Origin: a bacterium
GTDB lineage: Bacteria > UBA8248
DNA: 64,000 bases
Assembly (NCBI GenBank): GCA_965261085.1
Contig: OZ253442.1
Location: forward strand, 96,001 to 160,000
Direction of reading: 5' to 3'
Below are positions 19,710 through 29,920 of this stretch, piece by piece. The number at the start of each line of letters is the position of its first letter. Position 1 is the first letter of the stretch. Below the pieces are notes generated by a model. It had not been told where the DNA came from and ran no database searches. It worked only from the letters and a program-made list of their open reading frames with translations. The position numbers and the translations under genes are program-made.

Positions 19710-20852
19710 TTGGGACTATCGACCAAAGAGCGTGATCGTCGCCATGCGAATCTAAGAGAAGCCATGGAGCGTGAGGGGCTGGATGTTCTCGTCGTCTACG
19801 GCAACAGCGGCCGCCAGGGACCGCGCACGGGGAACCTGGCCTACGTCAGTAATTTCATTTCATTCTCCGGCCAGCAAATCCTGGTTTTTCCGCACGAAGG
19901 AGAACCCGTCTTGTTCGTGGGGGTGGAGAACCAACGAATCGAATCCCTGCGAAACGGGTGGATATCCGACACCCGTTGCGAGGCCATGACGCCCGTACCA
20001 CAGCAGGCGTGCCATTATTTGAACCAAATCGCCCCCTCGGGTGCGAAAATCGGAATTTCCTCGCTCGCCATCATCCCCGTGGCCTGGCACCAGCAGATTC
20101 AGGGCCAGGTGAACGCGAGCGAATGGGTGGAGGCGGGCGACCTCGTCTGGAAGCTGCGTCTGGTGCAAAGCGAAGAGGAAGTAGCGATGTCGCGCCACGC
20201 GGCCAAACTCGGCGACAGGGTGTGGAATCACCTCCGCGACTTCATTCGTGAAGGGGTGACGGAACTCGACATGCGCGCCGAAATGGACCGGGTGATCATC
20301 CCCGAGGGCGGGACCGAGAACTTCAACATGATGGGCCTGGCGGGCATGGCCAACGGAGGAGAAGCGCCCTGGGGCTACGTCATCCCTCAGACGGATCGGC
20401 CCATCAAGAACGGCGACGCCGTCTTGCTCGAGATTTCCCCGCGCGTTCAGGGGTACTGGAACCAGATCGTGCGGGTTCTGGCGCTGGGTGAGGCGGAAAA
20501 ATGGCTGGTCGACGCCCATCAGGTGGTGCGCGAGGCGCGCGACGCCTCTTTGGAGCATCTCAGGCCGGGGAAGCCGATGGTCGGCATGGTCACGGCGATG
20601 AACGATGTTTTCGAAAAACACGGTTACGAGGTATGGCCCTACGGGCTGGTGCACCTCACGGGCCTGGACCTCACGGATTACATGATCACCCCGGTATCCG
20701 AGGGAGACCTTGAACCCGGAATGGTGGTGACGACGCATCCCATGTTCAACCTGGGACCCAACCGCCAGATTTTCTGGGGTGAAACCTATCTGGTCACGGA
20801 CGATGGCTATGACCCGCTGAACACGAGTACGGATGAATTGGTTTGTCTCTAA
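19710..20852 (+). CDS. M24 (Xaa-Pro peptidase/creatinase-like) hydrolase with altered metal ligands
   Basis: Creatinase-N-like N-terminus and pita-bread C-terminal domain; motifs EISP..GYWNQ, HLTGL, TTHP, GET. Confidence 0.75.
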   Translation: MGLSTKERDRRHANLREAMEREGLDVLVVYGNSGRQGPRTGNLAYVSNFISFSGQQILVFPHEGEPVLFVGVENQRIESLRNGWISDTRCEAMTPVPQQACHYLNQIAPSGAKIGISSLAIIPVAWHQQIQGQVNASEWVEAGDLVWKLRLVQSEEEVAMSRHAAKLGDRVWNHLRDFIREGVTELDMRAEMDRVIIPEGGTENFNMMGLAGMANGGEAPWGYVIPQTDRPIKNGDAVLLEISPRVQGYWNQIVRVLALGEAEKWLVDAHQVVREARDASLEHLRPGKPMVGMVTAMNDVFEKHGYEVWPYGLVHLTGLDLTDYMITPVSEGDLEPGMVVTTHPMFNLGPNRQIFWGETYLVTDDGYDPLNTSTDELVCL

Positions 20853-20890
20853 TGGCTTGGTTGATTCTTATTTAAAAGGAGGAACACGAG

Positions 20891-22405
20891 ATGAAGAGGC
20901 TATGGCTTTGGATGGTTGTTCTGTCGTTGCTGTTGCTCCCCGCGGGAGTGAAGGCGGCGCCCAAGGGGAAGGTGGTGCTGGGCATGGCCGGCTCCTTGAC
21001 CACGTTCGATCCGCACACCTTCAGTTCCCTGCCGATTTCGATGCACCACCCGAACGTCTTCGAGACGCTGCTCGCGCGCGCTCCCGACGGCTCCATGACA
21101 AACCAACTCGCCGAGAGCTACAAGATGGTGAGCCCCAAGGTGTGGGAGTTCAAAATCAGGAAGGGCGTGAAATTCAGCAACGGGGATCCCTTGAACGCGG
21201 AGGCCGTGAAGTTCAGCTTCGAGCGGATTCTCGACCCCAAGATGAAATCGAGGCAATACCGCTACTTCAAGAGCATCGCGAGCGTGGAGGCGGTCGACGC
21301 GAATACGGTCCGGATTCACACGAAAAAGCCAGACCCCATGCTCCCGCCGTTTCTCGCGATCTACGGCTTTATCGTGCCGCCCAAGTATTACAAGAAACAC
21401 GACAAGAAATACCTCTCCCGCAATCCCGTGGGCAGCGGCCCGTTCGTGCTGAAGAAATGGCGCAAGGGGCAGGAAGTCGTCTATGAGGCGAACCCCAACG
21501 CCTGGAGAAAACCCAGGGTGAAGACGGCCGTCGTGAAATTCATTCCTGAGTCCACCACGCGCGTCTCCGCGCTCATCTCGGGCGACGTGGACGTCATCGA
21601 CAACCTGCCTCCCGGCTTGAGCGGCCGGGTCAAAGCGGGCGGCAAAACGCGCGTCATCGCCAAGCAATCGCCGCGCACCAACTACATCTTGATGGTCATT
21701 AAAGAGGGCGCTCCCTGGATGGACGTGAGAGTCCGCAGGGCAATGAACCTCGCGATCAACCGCGAGTCCATCACCAAGAACGTGATGATGGGCTTCGCCA
21801 AACCGGTGGCGATCATTCAGGGTCCCGCGAGCTTCGGCTTCAACCCCGAGCTCAAGCCCTACCCCTACGATCCCGCCAAGGCCAAGAAGCTGCTCGCCGA
21901 GGCCGGATTCGCGAAGGGATTTTCGTTCGACGTGTATATTCCCCGCGGACGCTTCATGATGGGCAAAGAGGCGCTCGAGGGCATCGCGGGCCAGTGGGCG
22001 CAAGTCGGCATCAAGGCGAACGTCCGCGTGATGGAATGGGGCGCGATGAAGAAGATAATCTTCAGCAAGTACAAGAAGAACGTAAAACCGTTCTTGTACT
22101 ATCTGGCGCGCATGAACACGGCATTCAGCGCGGAGCACATGTTCGCAGGCGCCATCAGCAGCCGTTCGGCCTACGGCGGATTCCGCGACAAGGCCGTGGA
22201 CACGATGATCAACGACGCACGCTCCACGCTGGACGACAAGGCGCGGGAGAAGAAGTACCAGGAAATCGCCCGCGTTCTGCGTCACGAGAAAGTGCCGATC
22301 GTTCCGCTGTATCAGACTTTCCGCATCTTCGGCGCGAACAAGAAGATCGACTGGAAACCACGCGCCGATGGCAAGCTGATAGCCGCCGAAGTCGGCCTCA
22401 AATAG
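20891..22405 (+). CDS. ABC transporter substrate-binding protein, family 5 (DppA/OppA-like)
   Basis: Signal peptide, FDPH, GVKFSNG.PL.AE.VKFS, PVGSGPF, VRRAMNLAINR, YDPAKAKKLLAEAG. Confidence 0.92.
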   Translation: MKRLWLWMVVLSLLLLPAGVKAAPKGKVVLGMAGSLTTFDPHTFSSLPISMHHPNVFETLLARAPDGSMTNQLAESYKMVSPKVWEFKIRKGVKFSNGDPLNAEAVKFSFERILDPKMKSRQYRYFKSIASVEAVDANTVRIHTKKPDPMLPPFLAIYGFIVPPKYYKKHDKKYLSRNPVGSGPFVLKKWRKGQEVVYEANPNAWRKPRVKTAVVKFIPESTTRVSALISGDVDVIDNLPPGLSGRVKAGGKTRVIAKQSPRTNYILMVIKEGAPWMDVRVRRAMNLAINRESITKNVMMGFAKPVAIIQGPASFGFNPELKPYPYDPAKAKKLLAEAGFAKGFSFDVYIPRGRFMMGKEALEGIAGQWAQVGIKANVRVMEWGAMKKIIFSKYKKNVKPFLYYLARMNTAFSAEHMFAGAISSRSAYGGFRDKAVDTMINDARSTLDDKAREKKYQEIARVLRHEKVPIVPLYQTFRIFGANKKIDWKPRADGKLIAAEVGLK

Positions 22406-22589
22406 GGTTCGATTTTTCAGGTAGAGACAAAGCTCCGGCCAGGGACGCGTGAACTTCGCTCTGGCCGGAGCCGTTCTCTAAACCGGGGCGCTTCCCCGCC
22501 AATGCGTGGTTTGAATAAAGCGCGCTCCCTTGGTGAGGCGGGCGTCGCCGCCCTCGAAACAAGATGTATTCCTGCTGCTGGGTAGCTCT

Positions 22590-23507
22590 ATGGCCGGATA
22601 TGTTGTCAAGCGCTTGATTCAGGCGGTAGTCCTCCTCAAGTGCGTCATGATCATCGTGTTTCTCCTGCTTCACATGACGGGCGACCCCGTCCTGGTGATG
22701 CTCGACACCGATGCGACCTACGAAGACATCGAGCACTTGAGAAAACTCATGGGGTTCGACCAGCCGCTGCACGTGCAGTACGGGCGTTTTTTCACCAACG
22801 CCCTGCAAGGGAATTTCGGGGAATCCACCGAACACGGCGAATCGGCCATGGGCCTCGTTCTGGAGCATTTCCCGGCGACGATAGAGATGGCGGTCGGCGC
22901 CTTCGTTTTCGCCGTCATCATCGGGGTTCCCTTCGGCTGCCTGGCGGCTTTCAAGGAAGGCTCGGTTTACGACAAAGGCTGCGTGGGCATTACGGTGCTG
23001 ATGCAGGCGATTCCCGATTTCTGGCTGGCGATCATGTTCATCATGTTCTTCTCCGTGACCCTGGGGCTCTTGCCCTCTTTCGGACGAGGGGGTTGGGAGC
23101 ATTTCATCATGCCGGCTTTCGCCGCGTCCACGTATCACCTCGCCCGGCTCGCAAGGCTCATGCGCTCCCAGATGCTCGAGGTGCTGCGCCAGGACTACAT
23201 TACGACGGCGCGGGCGAAGGGGCTGAGTGAAAAAGTCGTGCTCATGGTGCACGCCTTAAAGAACTCCTCGATCCCCATCGTCACCGTCATGGGGCTGGAT
23301 TTGGGCATTCTCCTCGGAGGAACCGTGATCATCGAGGTCGTTTTCGCCTGGCCGGGGCTCGGGCGCCTGGTGGTGGAGGCGATCGCGAATCGCGACTTTC
23401 CGATCGTCCAGTCCGCCGTGTTCATCCTGGCGTCGGGGTTCGTGGTCATCAATCTGACGGTGGACCTCGTCTACGCCTATCTCGATCCGCGGATTTCATA
23501 CGAATGA
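22590..23507 (+). CDS. ABC permease, DppB/OppB-like
   Basis: GDP, DQPL.VQY, ARLMRSQMLEVL.QDYI.TARAKGL, IEVVFAWPGLG, LDPRI. Confidence 0.92.
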   Translation: MAGYVVKRLIQAVVLLKCVMIIVFLLLHMTGDPVLVMLDTDATYEDIEHLRKLMGFDQPLHVQYGRFFTNALQGNFGESTEHGESAMGLVLEHFPATIEMAVGAFVFAVIIGVPFGCLAAFKEGSVYDKGCVGITVLMQAIPDFWLAIMFIMFFSVTLGLLPSFGRGGWEHFIMPAFAASTYHLARLARLMRSQMLEVLRQDYITTARAKGLSEKVVLMVHALKNSSIPIVTVMGLDLGILLGGTVIIEVVFAWPGLGRLVVEAIANRDFPIVQSAVFILASGFVVINLTVDLVYAYLDPRISYE

Positions 23508-24409
23508 GAGAACAAGCGCTGACCTTTCAGGACCCGATGGAGATAGAAGAACTCCCCAAGCGCGCGAAGATATGGACGTCCCTGTGGAAGGACAAATCAG
23601 CGCTTCTGGGCTGCATCATTCTCCTCAGCGTGGTGATAATGGCGCTATTCGCACCACTGCTCGCGCCGATGGACCCCCATGCCCAACTCCTGGACAGGAA
23701 CCTCAAACCACCCATGTGGTCGGACGGCGAGCGAATCTTCCTGCTCGGTACGGACCACCTGGGGCGGGATTTTCTGAGCAGGCTCATCTACGGCGCGCGC
23801 ATCTCACTCATGGTGGGCTTCTTCTCCGTTTTGCTCACGGGATGCTTCGGGCTTTTCGTGGGGCTGGTGGCGGGCTACTTCGGCGGAAAGGTGGATTTTC
23901 TGCTCATGCGGTTCGTGGATCTGGTCCTCTCCTTTCCGTTCATCCTGCTGGCCCTGGCGACCATCGCCATCGTGGGGCCGAGTCTGGTCGTGCTGATACT
24001 CGTGATGTCGATGCGCATCTGGGTCATCTACGCCCGCGTCGTGCGCGGCGAGGTGCTCACGTTGCGCGAGCAGGAGTTCGTCCAGGCGGCGCGGAGCATC
24101 GGCAGTAGCCATTTCCGCATCATCATCCGCCATATTCTCCCGAACGTCCTGGCGCCCGTCATCATCATCGCGTCCCTGTATCTGGGGCGGATGATCATCA
24201 TCGAGGCGGGCCTGAGCTTCCTGGGCCTCGGGGTGCCGCCGCCCACGCCCACCTGGGGCGGTTTGCTCAGCGACGGGAAGGTGCATCTCTACACCTCCTG
24301 GTGGGTCGTCACCCTGCCCGGCCTGGCGATTACGGTGACGGTTCTGGGGGCGAATCTGGTGGGTGACTGGCTGAGAAACGTGTTGGACCCGCGTTTGAAA
24401 TCGTTGTGA
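23504..24409 (+). CDS. ABC permease, DppC/OppC-like
   Basis: LGTDHLGRD, EFVQAARSIG, HILPN, LSFLGLG. Confidence 0.92.
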   Translation: MREQALTFQDPMEIEELPKRAKIWTSLWKDKSALLGCIILLSVVIMALFAPLLAPMDPHAQLLDRNLKPPMWSDGERIFLLGTDHLGRDFLSRLIYGARISLMVGFFSVLLTGCFGLFVGLVAGYFGGKVDFLLMRFVDLVLSFPFILLALATIAIVGPSLVVLILVMSMRIWVIYARVVRGEVLTLREQEFVQAARSIGSSHFRIIIRHILPNVLAPVIIIASLYLGRMIIIEAGLSFLGLGVPPPTPTWGGLLSDGKVHLYTSWWVVTLPGLAITVTVLGANLVGDWLRNVLDPRLKSL

Positions 24410-24438
24410 GTTCGTTACGGAATGAGGAGAAAAACCAG

Positions 24439-25470
24439 ATGAGCGATCCATTGAGAGTGGGCGTGGTCGGGCTGGGCCGCTGGGGCAACACCCTGTCGTC
24501 CTATATCGAAAGAACGCCCGGGATGCAAATCGCCACGTGCTTCACGCGAACGCCCGAAAAACGCCGGGCGTTCAGCGAAAAATTCTCATGCGGCGAGGAG
24601 GAAAGCTACGAGGCGGTCATCGAACGCCCGGACGTGGACGCCGTGGTCATCGCAGCGCCCAACAACAAGCACGCGGAACTCGCCATGGCGGCCGCCGCAC
24701 AGGGAAAACACGTGTTCGTCGACAAGCCGATCGCCGCCACCATCCCGGATGCGAAGAAGATGATACGCGCGTGTGAGGACGCCGGCGTCACCCTGGCGGT
24801 CGGCGCGAGTTCGAGGTGGCTCCGGGGCCATCGCCTCTTCAAGCAACTGCTCGATGAGGGAACCATCGGCACCCTGGCGATGGCCGAGACCAACTACTCG
24901 AACGACCGGGGGCTTCACTACACTCCGGACAACTGGCAATGGTATGCGGAAGGCTCCCCCGGCGGCCCGCTGCTCCAGGTGGCCATCCACCAGGTGGACA
25001 ACCTCTTGTACCTCTACGGGCCGATAAAGCGCGCTTCTGCGGCGTTCAGCAAAATAAAGACAAAATCGGAAATTCCCGACGTGAGCGTCGTATGGTTCGA
25101 GTTCGAATCCGGCCTGCTCGGCACGCTGGGAACGAGCTTCATCAGCCCGCGCACGCCGAACGGGCGATACACCTATTTCATGAACGCCTACGGGGATGAG
25201 GCGAACCTCTACCACGACAGGTGGGAGGGAATCAAAATCCTCAAAAAAGACGGGGAGAAGCGCGAGGAAATTCCCTACGAGGAATACCCCAGGCAGGATT
25301 ACCTGATAGAGGAATTCAGGGATTTCGAAGGCGCCGTGCGGGATAATCGCCCGCCCGAGGTGGGCGGGCCCGAAGGACTCCACGTTCTGGGCGCCGTATG
25401 GGCGGCCATGCGCTCCTGGGAGCGGGGCGAGCCCGTGGAAGTGGCCGAGGTACTGGAGGAAGACGACTAG
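24439..25470 (+). CDS. Gfo/Idh/MocA oxidoreductase
   Basis: GLGRWG, GKHVFVDKP, GGPL....H. Confidence 0.88.
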   Translation: MSDPLRVGVVGLGRWGNTLSSYIERTPGMQIATCFTRTPEKRRAFSEKFSCGEEESYEAVIERPDVDAVVIAAPNNKHAELAMAAAAQGKHVFVDKPIAATIPDAKKMIRACEDAGVTLAVGASSRWLRGHRLFKQLLDEGTIGTLAMAETNYSNDRGLHYTPDNWQWYAEGSPGGPLLQVAIHQVDNLLYLYGPIKRASAAFSKIKTKSEIPDVSVVWFEFESGLLGTLGTSFISPRTPNGRYTYFMNAYGDEANLYHDRWEGIKILKKDGEKREEIPYEEYPRQDYLIEEFRDFEGAVRDNRPPEVGGPEGLHVLGAVWAAMRSWERGEPVEVAEVLEEDD

Positions 25471-25525
25471 ACGCGAATGGCTGCGGCGGGGTAGACCCGC
25501 CCAATACCTAGAAGGAAGGAGACCC

Positions 25526-26803
25526 ATGTTCGACTACCGAATGACGGATGAACAAGAGGAGTATCAAAGAATAGCGCATGAATTCGCGCGGGATGAAATC
25601 CGGCCCATCAGCCTGGAGCTGGACCACCAGCAAGACCCGCTCAAGTGCGCCTATATGCCCCATCTTCTCGAAAAACTCGACAAGACCGGCCTGAGAACGA
25701 TGAGCATTCCCAAGGAATACGGCGGAGGCGGCGTGGACGATTTGCTCACGCACTGCATCGTGGGCGAGGAGATTTCCTGGGGCGACAGGGGCGCCACGGG
25801 GTTCATGCTCTCCTCCACGAAGATCTCCCACATCCTCACGAGCGAGCTTTTGGGGGACCCGGAACTGGCGGACTACTGGATGCGCGAGTACGTGAGCGAC
25901 CCCACGTTCCTCATCGGCACGGCGACGACCGAGCCCGCCTCGGGCTCCGAGAACCAGATTCCCTACAACGGGGCGGACGGCGGATACCAGACCACCGCCG
26001 TGCTCGACGGCGACAATTACATCGTGAACGGAAAGAAACATTTTATATCCAACGTGGGCTGGGCGCGGCTCATGTTCACGTTCGTTCGCACGAACCCCGA
26101 CGTGGGCGTCGAGCAGGGAGCTTCTCTCCTCATGGTGCCGATGGACACGCCCGGCGTCCGCATGGGCAAGGCGCACAACAAGATGGGCTACCGTCTGAAC
26201 CAGAACGCGGAGATCATCTTCGAGGACGCGATAATCCCCGCGAAATACCGCCTAGGCCCCGAGAACTGCGGCGTCTCCTACATCAGACGCCATCTGCGCG
26301 GCGACGCCCTCATCAACGCGGCGGGCCAGATTGGCGTGGCGCGCGCCGCGTATGAAAAATCACTCGAATTCGCGCAAAACCGGCTCCAGAGCGGACGCCC
26401 CATCGCGCACCACCAGTCGATCGGCATCAAGCTCGTCGACATGTACACGAAAATACAGGCGGCGCGCGCCTATGTGCACTACGCGGCATGGCGTCAGGAC
26501 ATGCGCCACGAGATTCCCGTCGACCCGCCCATGACGCTCTCCGCCAGCGCCTTCGCGCACGAAATCTCCTGCGACGTCACCAAGATGGCGATGGAGATAC
26601 ACGCGGGCGTGGGCGTTCAGCGCGAGAATTTTCTCGAAAAATGGTTCCGAGATACCCACAACATGCTCTTCTCGAGCGACGGCGGTAACAACATGAAGAA
26701 GGTGCGCGCGATGTACGCCATCACGGGCGAGTGGGGCGCGCGAAGCGATGATGAAAACCCCGTGCCCGGCGGCGCATACGTCTCCGCCGGAGACGGCCTC
26801 TAG
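25526..26803 (+). CDS. Acyl-CoA dehydrogenase family protein
   Basis: TEPASGS, NGKKHFISN, KMGYR, R.Q.GRPI..HQ. Confidence 0.9.
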   Translation: MFDYRMTDEQEEYQRIAHEFARDEIRPISLELDHQQDPLKCAYMPHLLEKLDKTGLRTMSIPKEYGGGGVDDLLTHCIVGEEISWGDRGATGFMLSSTKISHILTSELLGDPELADYWMREYVSDPTFLIGTATTEPASGSENQIPYNGADGGYQTTAVLDGDNYIVNGKKHFISNVGWARLMFTFVRTNPDVGVEQGASLLMVPMDTPGVRMGKAHNKMGYRLNQNAEIIFEDAIIPAKYRLGPENCGVSYIRRHLRGDALINAAGQIGVARAAYEKSLEFAQNRLQSGRPIAHHQSIGIKLVDMYTKIQAARAYVHYAAWRQDMRHEIPVDPPMTLSASAFAHEISCDVTKMAMEIHAGVGVQRENFLEKWFRDTHNMLFSSDGGNNMKKVRAMYAITGEWGARSDDENPVPGGAYVSAGDGL

Positions 26804-26831
26804 GCCCATCAAGAACAAGGGAGGAAAAAGG

Positions 26832-27212
26832 GTGGCCTCACGAACCCATCACGTGCACCATGTCGCCAAGGACCCCCAGGCGGCGGCCGATTTCTACATC
26901 AACCATTTTGGCGGCGAGTTGTTCACACCCGAGATAAAATACAGGGGTTCTCCCTACATCAGCGTGATGCTCGGGGAGGTGGAGATTCGCATTCGCGGCT
27001 TGAGAGCCGATGAGGACGATACGATGGCGAAGGTGGGCCGCGGCCTCCACCATTTCGGGATTCAGGTCGAAGGCATCGACGAAGTGGCCGAACGCCTGGA
27101 GAAAGCGGGCGTCGTCTTCACGAAAAAACCCGGAGACGGCGTTCTGGGCTCGAAGACGGCCTTCATCATAGCGCCCGATAACGTCGTGATCGAACTGGTG
27201 GAAGAACCTTAA
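26832..27212 (+). CDS. VOC/glyoxalase family protein
   Basis: HHVH, GLHHFG, APDNVVIELVE; GTG start after GGAGG. Confidence 0.85.
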   Translation: MASRTHHVHHVAKDPQAAADFYINHFGGELFTPEIKYRGSPYISVMLGEVEIRIRGLRADEDDTMAKVGRGLHHFGIQVEGIDEVAERLEKAGVVFTKKPGDGVLGSKTAFIIAPDNVVIELVEEP

Positions 27213-27297
27213 AAACGATTCGCTTTTTCACGAGAACCATTCGGGGCGCTATACGCGGTTTCCCATTCTCGCCGCAAGGGCGTCCCCGCCAGAGGAG

Positions 27298-28527
27298 ATG
27301 AAAATCATGCCGGGATTCGCACGGGGCCAATTCAACGTCGACTACGAGGAGCGCGTCGACGTGAGCGCGCTTCGCCAGAAGCGCGTGGACAAGGCGCAAA
27401 AAGCGATGGCCGAGGAGGATATCGACGCCCTTTTCCTCTGGAAGGTCGAGAACGTGCGCTACCTCACGAGCATGCGCTCTTCTTTTCTGGCCCACCGCGA
27501 GGGAACGAGGAACGCCGTCATCCTCCCGCGAGAGGGAAGAGCGCACGTCATGACCAACGGCGGGGAGATACCCCGCGTCTCGCGCGACATGCCCTGGATA
27601 GAAAAATTCCATCACTTGGCGAAGATGGAAGAACAACCCCTCGTCGACAAGATGATCCGAGAAACCCTTCGCCCCCTGTTCGAGGAGTTGGGCCTCATCG
27701 GCAAGAAGGTGGGCCTCGACCTGATGACGTTCATCCAGTTCAGCGCCTACCAGAAGCATCTGGACGACGTGGAGTTCGTGAACGGCGATTCGTTCATGCA
27801 CAAGGTGCGCCGGCACAAGATACCCGAGGAAATCTATATGATTCGCGAGGCCTGCGCGATAGCCGACGCCGTGAACGAGGAGGCCATGGACAGCGTGCGG
27901 GCGGGAAAACGCGAGTGCGACGTGGCAGCGGACGCGATGAAGGTGCTCCACCACTACGGGGGGGAAATGGCGCATCTCGTCTCCCCCTTCGTCGCCTCGG
28001 GCGAGCACATGTCGCCGCCCTACCGCTTCGCGAGCGATAAAATCATCCGAAGCGGCGACATGGTGTTCATCGACATCGGCGCGCAGTGGAACGGATATTT
28101 CGGCGACGTGGCCCGAACGATGATCTGCGGAAAACCCTCAAAACGGCAAAAGGAAATCTATACCGCCGTCCATGAATCCCTACAGTTGGGGCTCGAGCGC
28201 ACCCGCCCCGGATTCACGAACAAACAGGTGGCCGATCGAATCTGGGAGACGGGCGAGAAATACGATTTAAGAAAAAACTGGTTTTCACTCAGCATCGGCC
28301 ACGCGTTGGGCACCTCGCCCAACGAACCTCCCTACATCGGAGAGCCCGATCCGGACTCGGAAGAAGTCGACCTGGAACCCGGCATGGTATTCGCCATCGA
28401 GCCTCTCATCTGGGTGCCGGACGTACCCGGAGGCGGCGGCGTGCGCATCGAGGAGACGGTGCTCATCACCGAAGACGGCCATGAGGTATTGACGCGCTCG
28501 CGCATGGACGACCGCCTGCTTCTTTAA
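27298..28527 (+). CDS. M24 Xaa-Pro peptidase family protein
   Basis: Canonical ligands in IDIG...GYFGD, GHALG, AIEP, GVRIEE. Confidence 0.88.
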   Translation: MKIMPGFARGQFNVDYEERVDVSALRQKRVDKAQKAMAEEDIDALFLWKVENVRYLTSMRSSFLAHREGTRNAVILPREGRAHVMTNGGEIPRVSRDMPWIEKFHHLAKMEEQPLVDKMIRETLRPLFEELGLIGKKVGLDLMTFIQFSAYQKHLDDVEFVNGDSFMHKVRRHKIPEEIYMIREACAIADAVNEEAMDSVRAGKRECDVAADAMKVLHHYGGEMAHLVSPFVASGEHMSPPYRFASDKIIRSGDMVFIDIGAQWNGYFGDVARTMICGKPSKRQKEIYTAVHESLQLGLERTRPGFTNKQVADRIWETGEKYDLRKNWFSLSIGHALGTSPNEPPYIGEPDPDSEEVDLEPGMVFAIEPLIWVPDVPGGGGVRIEETVLITEDGHEVLTRSRMDDRLLL

Positions 28528-28613
28528 GGTGAGCTTCTCCTGATTCCGGCTAGACGCCGAAAAACACTCAAAAAAAAACTACGCCGCACCTTCTGTGGGA
28601 TTCTCGATCCCGA

Positions 28614-28642
28614 TTGAAGGCGAGGAACTCGCGGCGTAGAAT
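28614..28642 (+). promoter_or_regulatory. Putative sigma70 promoter
   Basis: TTGAAG-17 bp-TAGAAT about 40 bp upstream of the CDS at 28684. Confidence 0.5.
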
Positions 28643-28683
28643 GCCCGCGCCGTTCCCATCCAACATCATTCAGGAGGCTCGCG

Positions 28684-29784
28684 TTGGCGCTTTTCGATAG
28701 AAACGAACTAGGTATCGCCGTCGTGGGCGCCGGACGCATCGGCACGCACCGCTCCCGCCTCGCCGCGCAACACCCCGCCGTTCGCTTTCTCGCTATCTCC
28801 GATGCCGACCCCGAACGCGCGAAAACACTCGGCGCGCGCGTGGGCGCGCAAGTCGCCTCGGGAAGCAACGAGGAGGTCATCTCCCATCCCGACGTCGGCG
28901 CCGTCATCGTCTCGACTTCAGAGTTCGCCCACGTCGAGCCGGTGCTTCAGGCTCTGGAACTCGGCAAGCCCGTGCTGGTGGAAAAACCCATCGCGATGAC
29001 TCTGGAGGACGCCGATAAGCTGCTCAGCGCAGCGGAAAAATACGAGACCGACCTCCGCGTGGGCTACATCATGCGCTACAAGCGGCGCTATTTTCTTGGA
29101 AAAGAACAGATACAGCAGGGCCGGCTGGGGAGACTCATCGGCGCGACGGGCCGGGTATTCAACACCAGGGCGCAGGCGTTCGAGATATTAAAGCGCTCGG
29201 CAGACGCCACGCCCATTCTTGACGTGCTCACCTACTGGGTCGACATGATGTGCTGGTTCATGGAGGGAAATCCGCCCGTGGAGATCATCTGCCGGGGTGG
29301 AGGCATCGTCTTCAAGGAGGCGGGCTATCCGAACGTGGATGACGTGAGCTGGTCGATCATCACCTTCGCCGACGGCGCCACCGTGAACCTGGGCATCTGC
29401 TACGCGCTGCCTGCGAAATACCCCACCGCCGGGCAGAGCATCCGCCTCGAAATCATCGGTACGGACGGGGTGATGCTCTTCGATGAGGATCACAAGGAGA
29501 ACATCCTCTACACCGAAAAAGGCTATCCGCACGCCTATGTTCCCGACCATAACCTGCCGATGGTCTTCCTCGGCAGCACTTCTTCGGGCGACTGGGCGCT
29601 CGACACCATGTACGGCCCCATCGGCGATGAGACCAGGAGTTGGCTGGATCACCTCTCCACGGGGCGGCCCTGCCATCTCGCCACGGCGGAAGAAGCGCGC
29701 CAGACCCTGGAGGTGACCATCGCCATGGTGGAATCGGCGCGCACCGGGGATGCGGTGAAACTTCCCCTGGGAGAGGGGCACTAG
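28684..29784 (+). CDS. Gfo/Idh/MocA oxidoreductase
   Basis: GAGRIG, GKPVLVEKP; AGGAGG RBS. Confidence 0.88.
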   Translation: MALFDRNELGIAVVGAGRIGTHRSRLAAQHPAVRFLAISDADPERAKTLGARVGAQVASGSNEEVISHPDVGAVIVSTSEFAHVEPVLQALELGKPVLVEKPIAMTLEDADKLLSAAEKYETDLRVGYIMRYKRRYFLGKEQIQQGRLGRLIGATGRVFNTRAQAFEILKRSADATPILDVLTYWVDMMCWFMEGNPPVEIICRGGGIVFKEAGYPNVDDVSWSIITFADGATVNLGICYALPAKYPTAGQSIRLEIIGTDGVMLFDEDHKENILYTEKGYPHAYVPDHNLPMVFLGSTSSGDWALDTMYGPIGDETRSWLDHLSTGRPCHLATAEEARQTLEVTIAMVESARTGDAVKLPLGEGH

Positions 29785-29920
29785 CCCACAACCCGCTCCG
29801 GGGCTTGAATTATACGGCGCGCGCCATGCTATATGAGTATGCAGGCGGCGAACCCGGGGCCGCGCCCGCACAAGGTGAACCGAAGGTGCGGAAAATTTCT
29901 CCAGTGAATGAGTCTTGAAC

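Noticed and set aside
20900-22285. 461-aa antisense ORF, and similar long shadow ORFs (13778, 24586, 34282, 37344, 45776, 49390)
   Set aside because: They lie opposite well-supported genes and carry no motifs; such shadows are expected from high GC3 codon bias.
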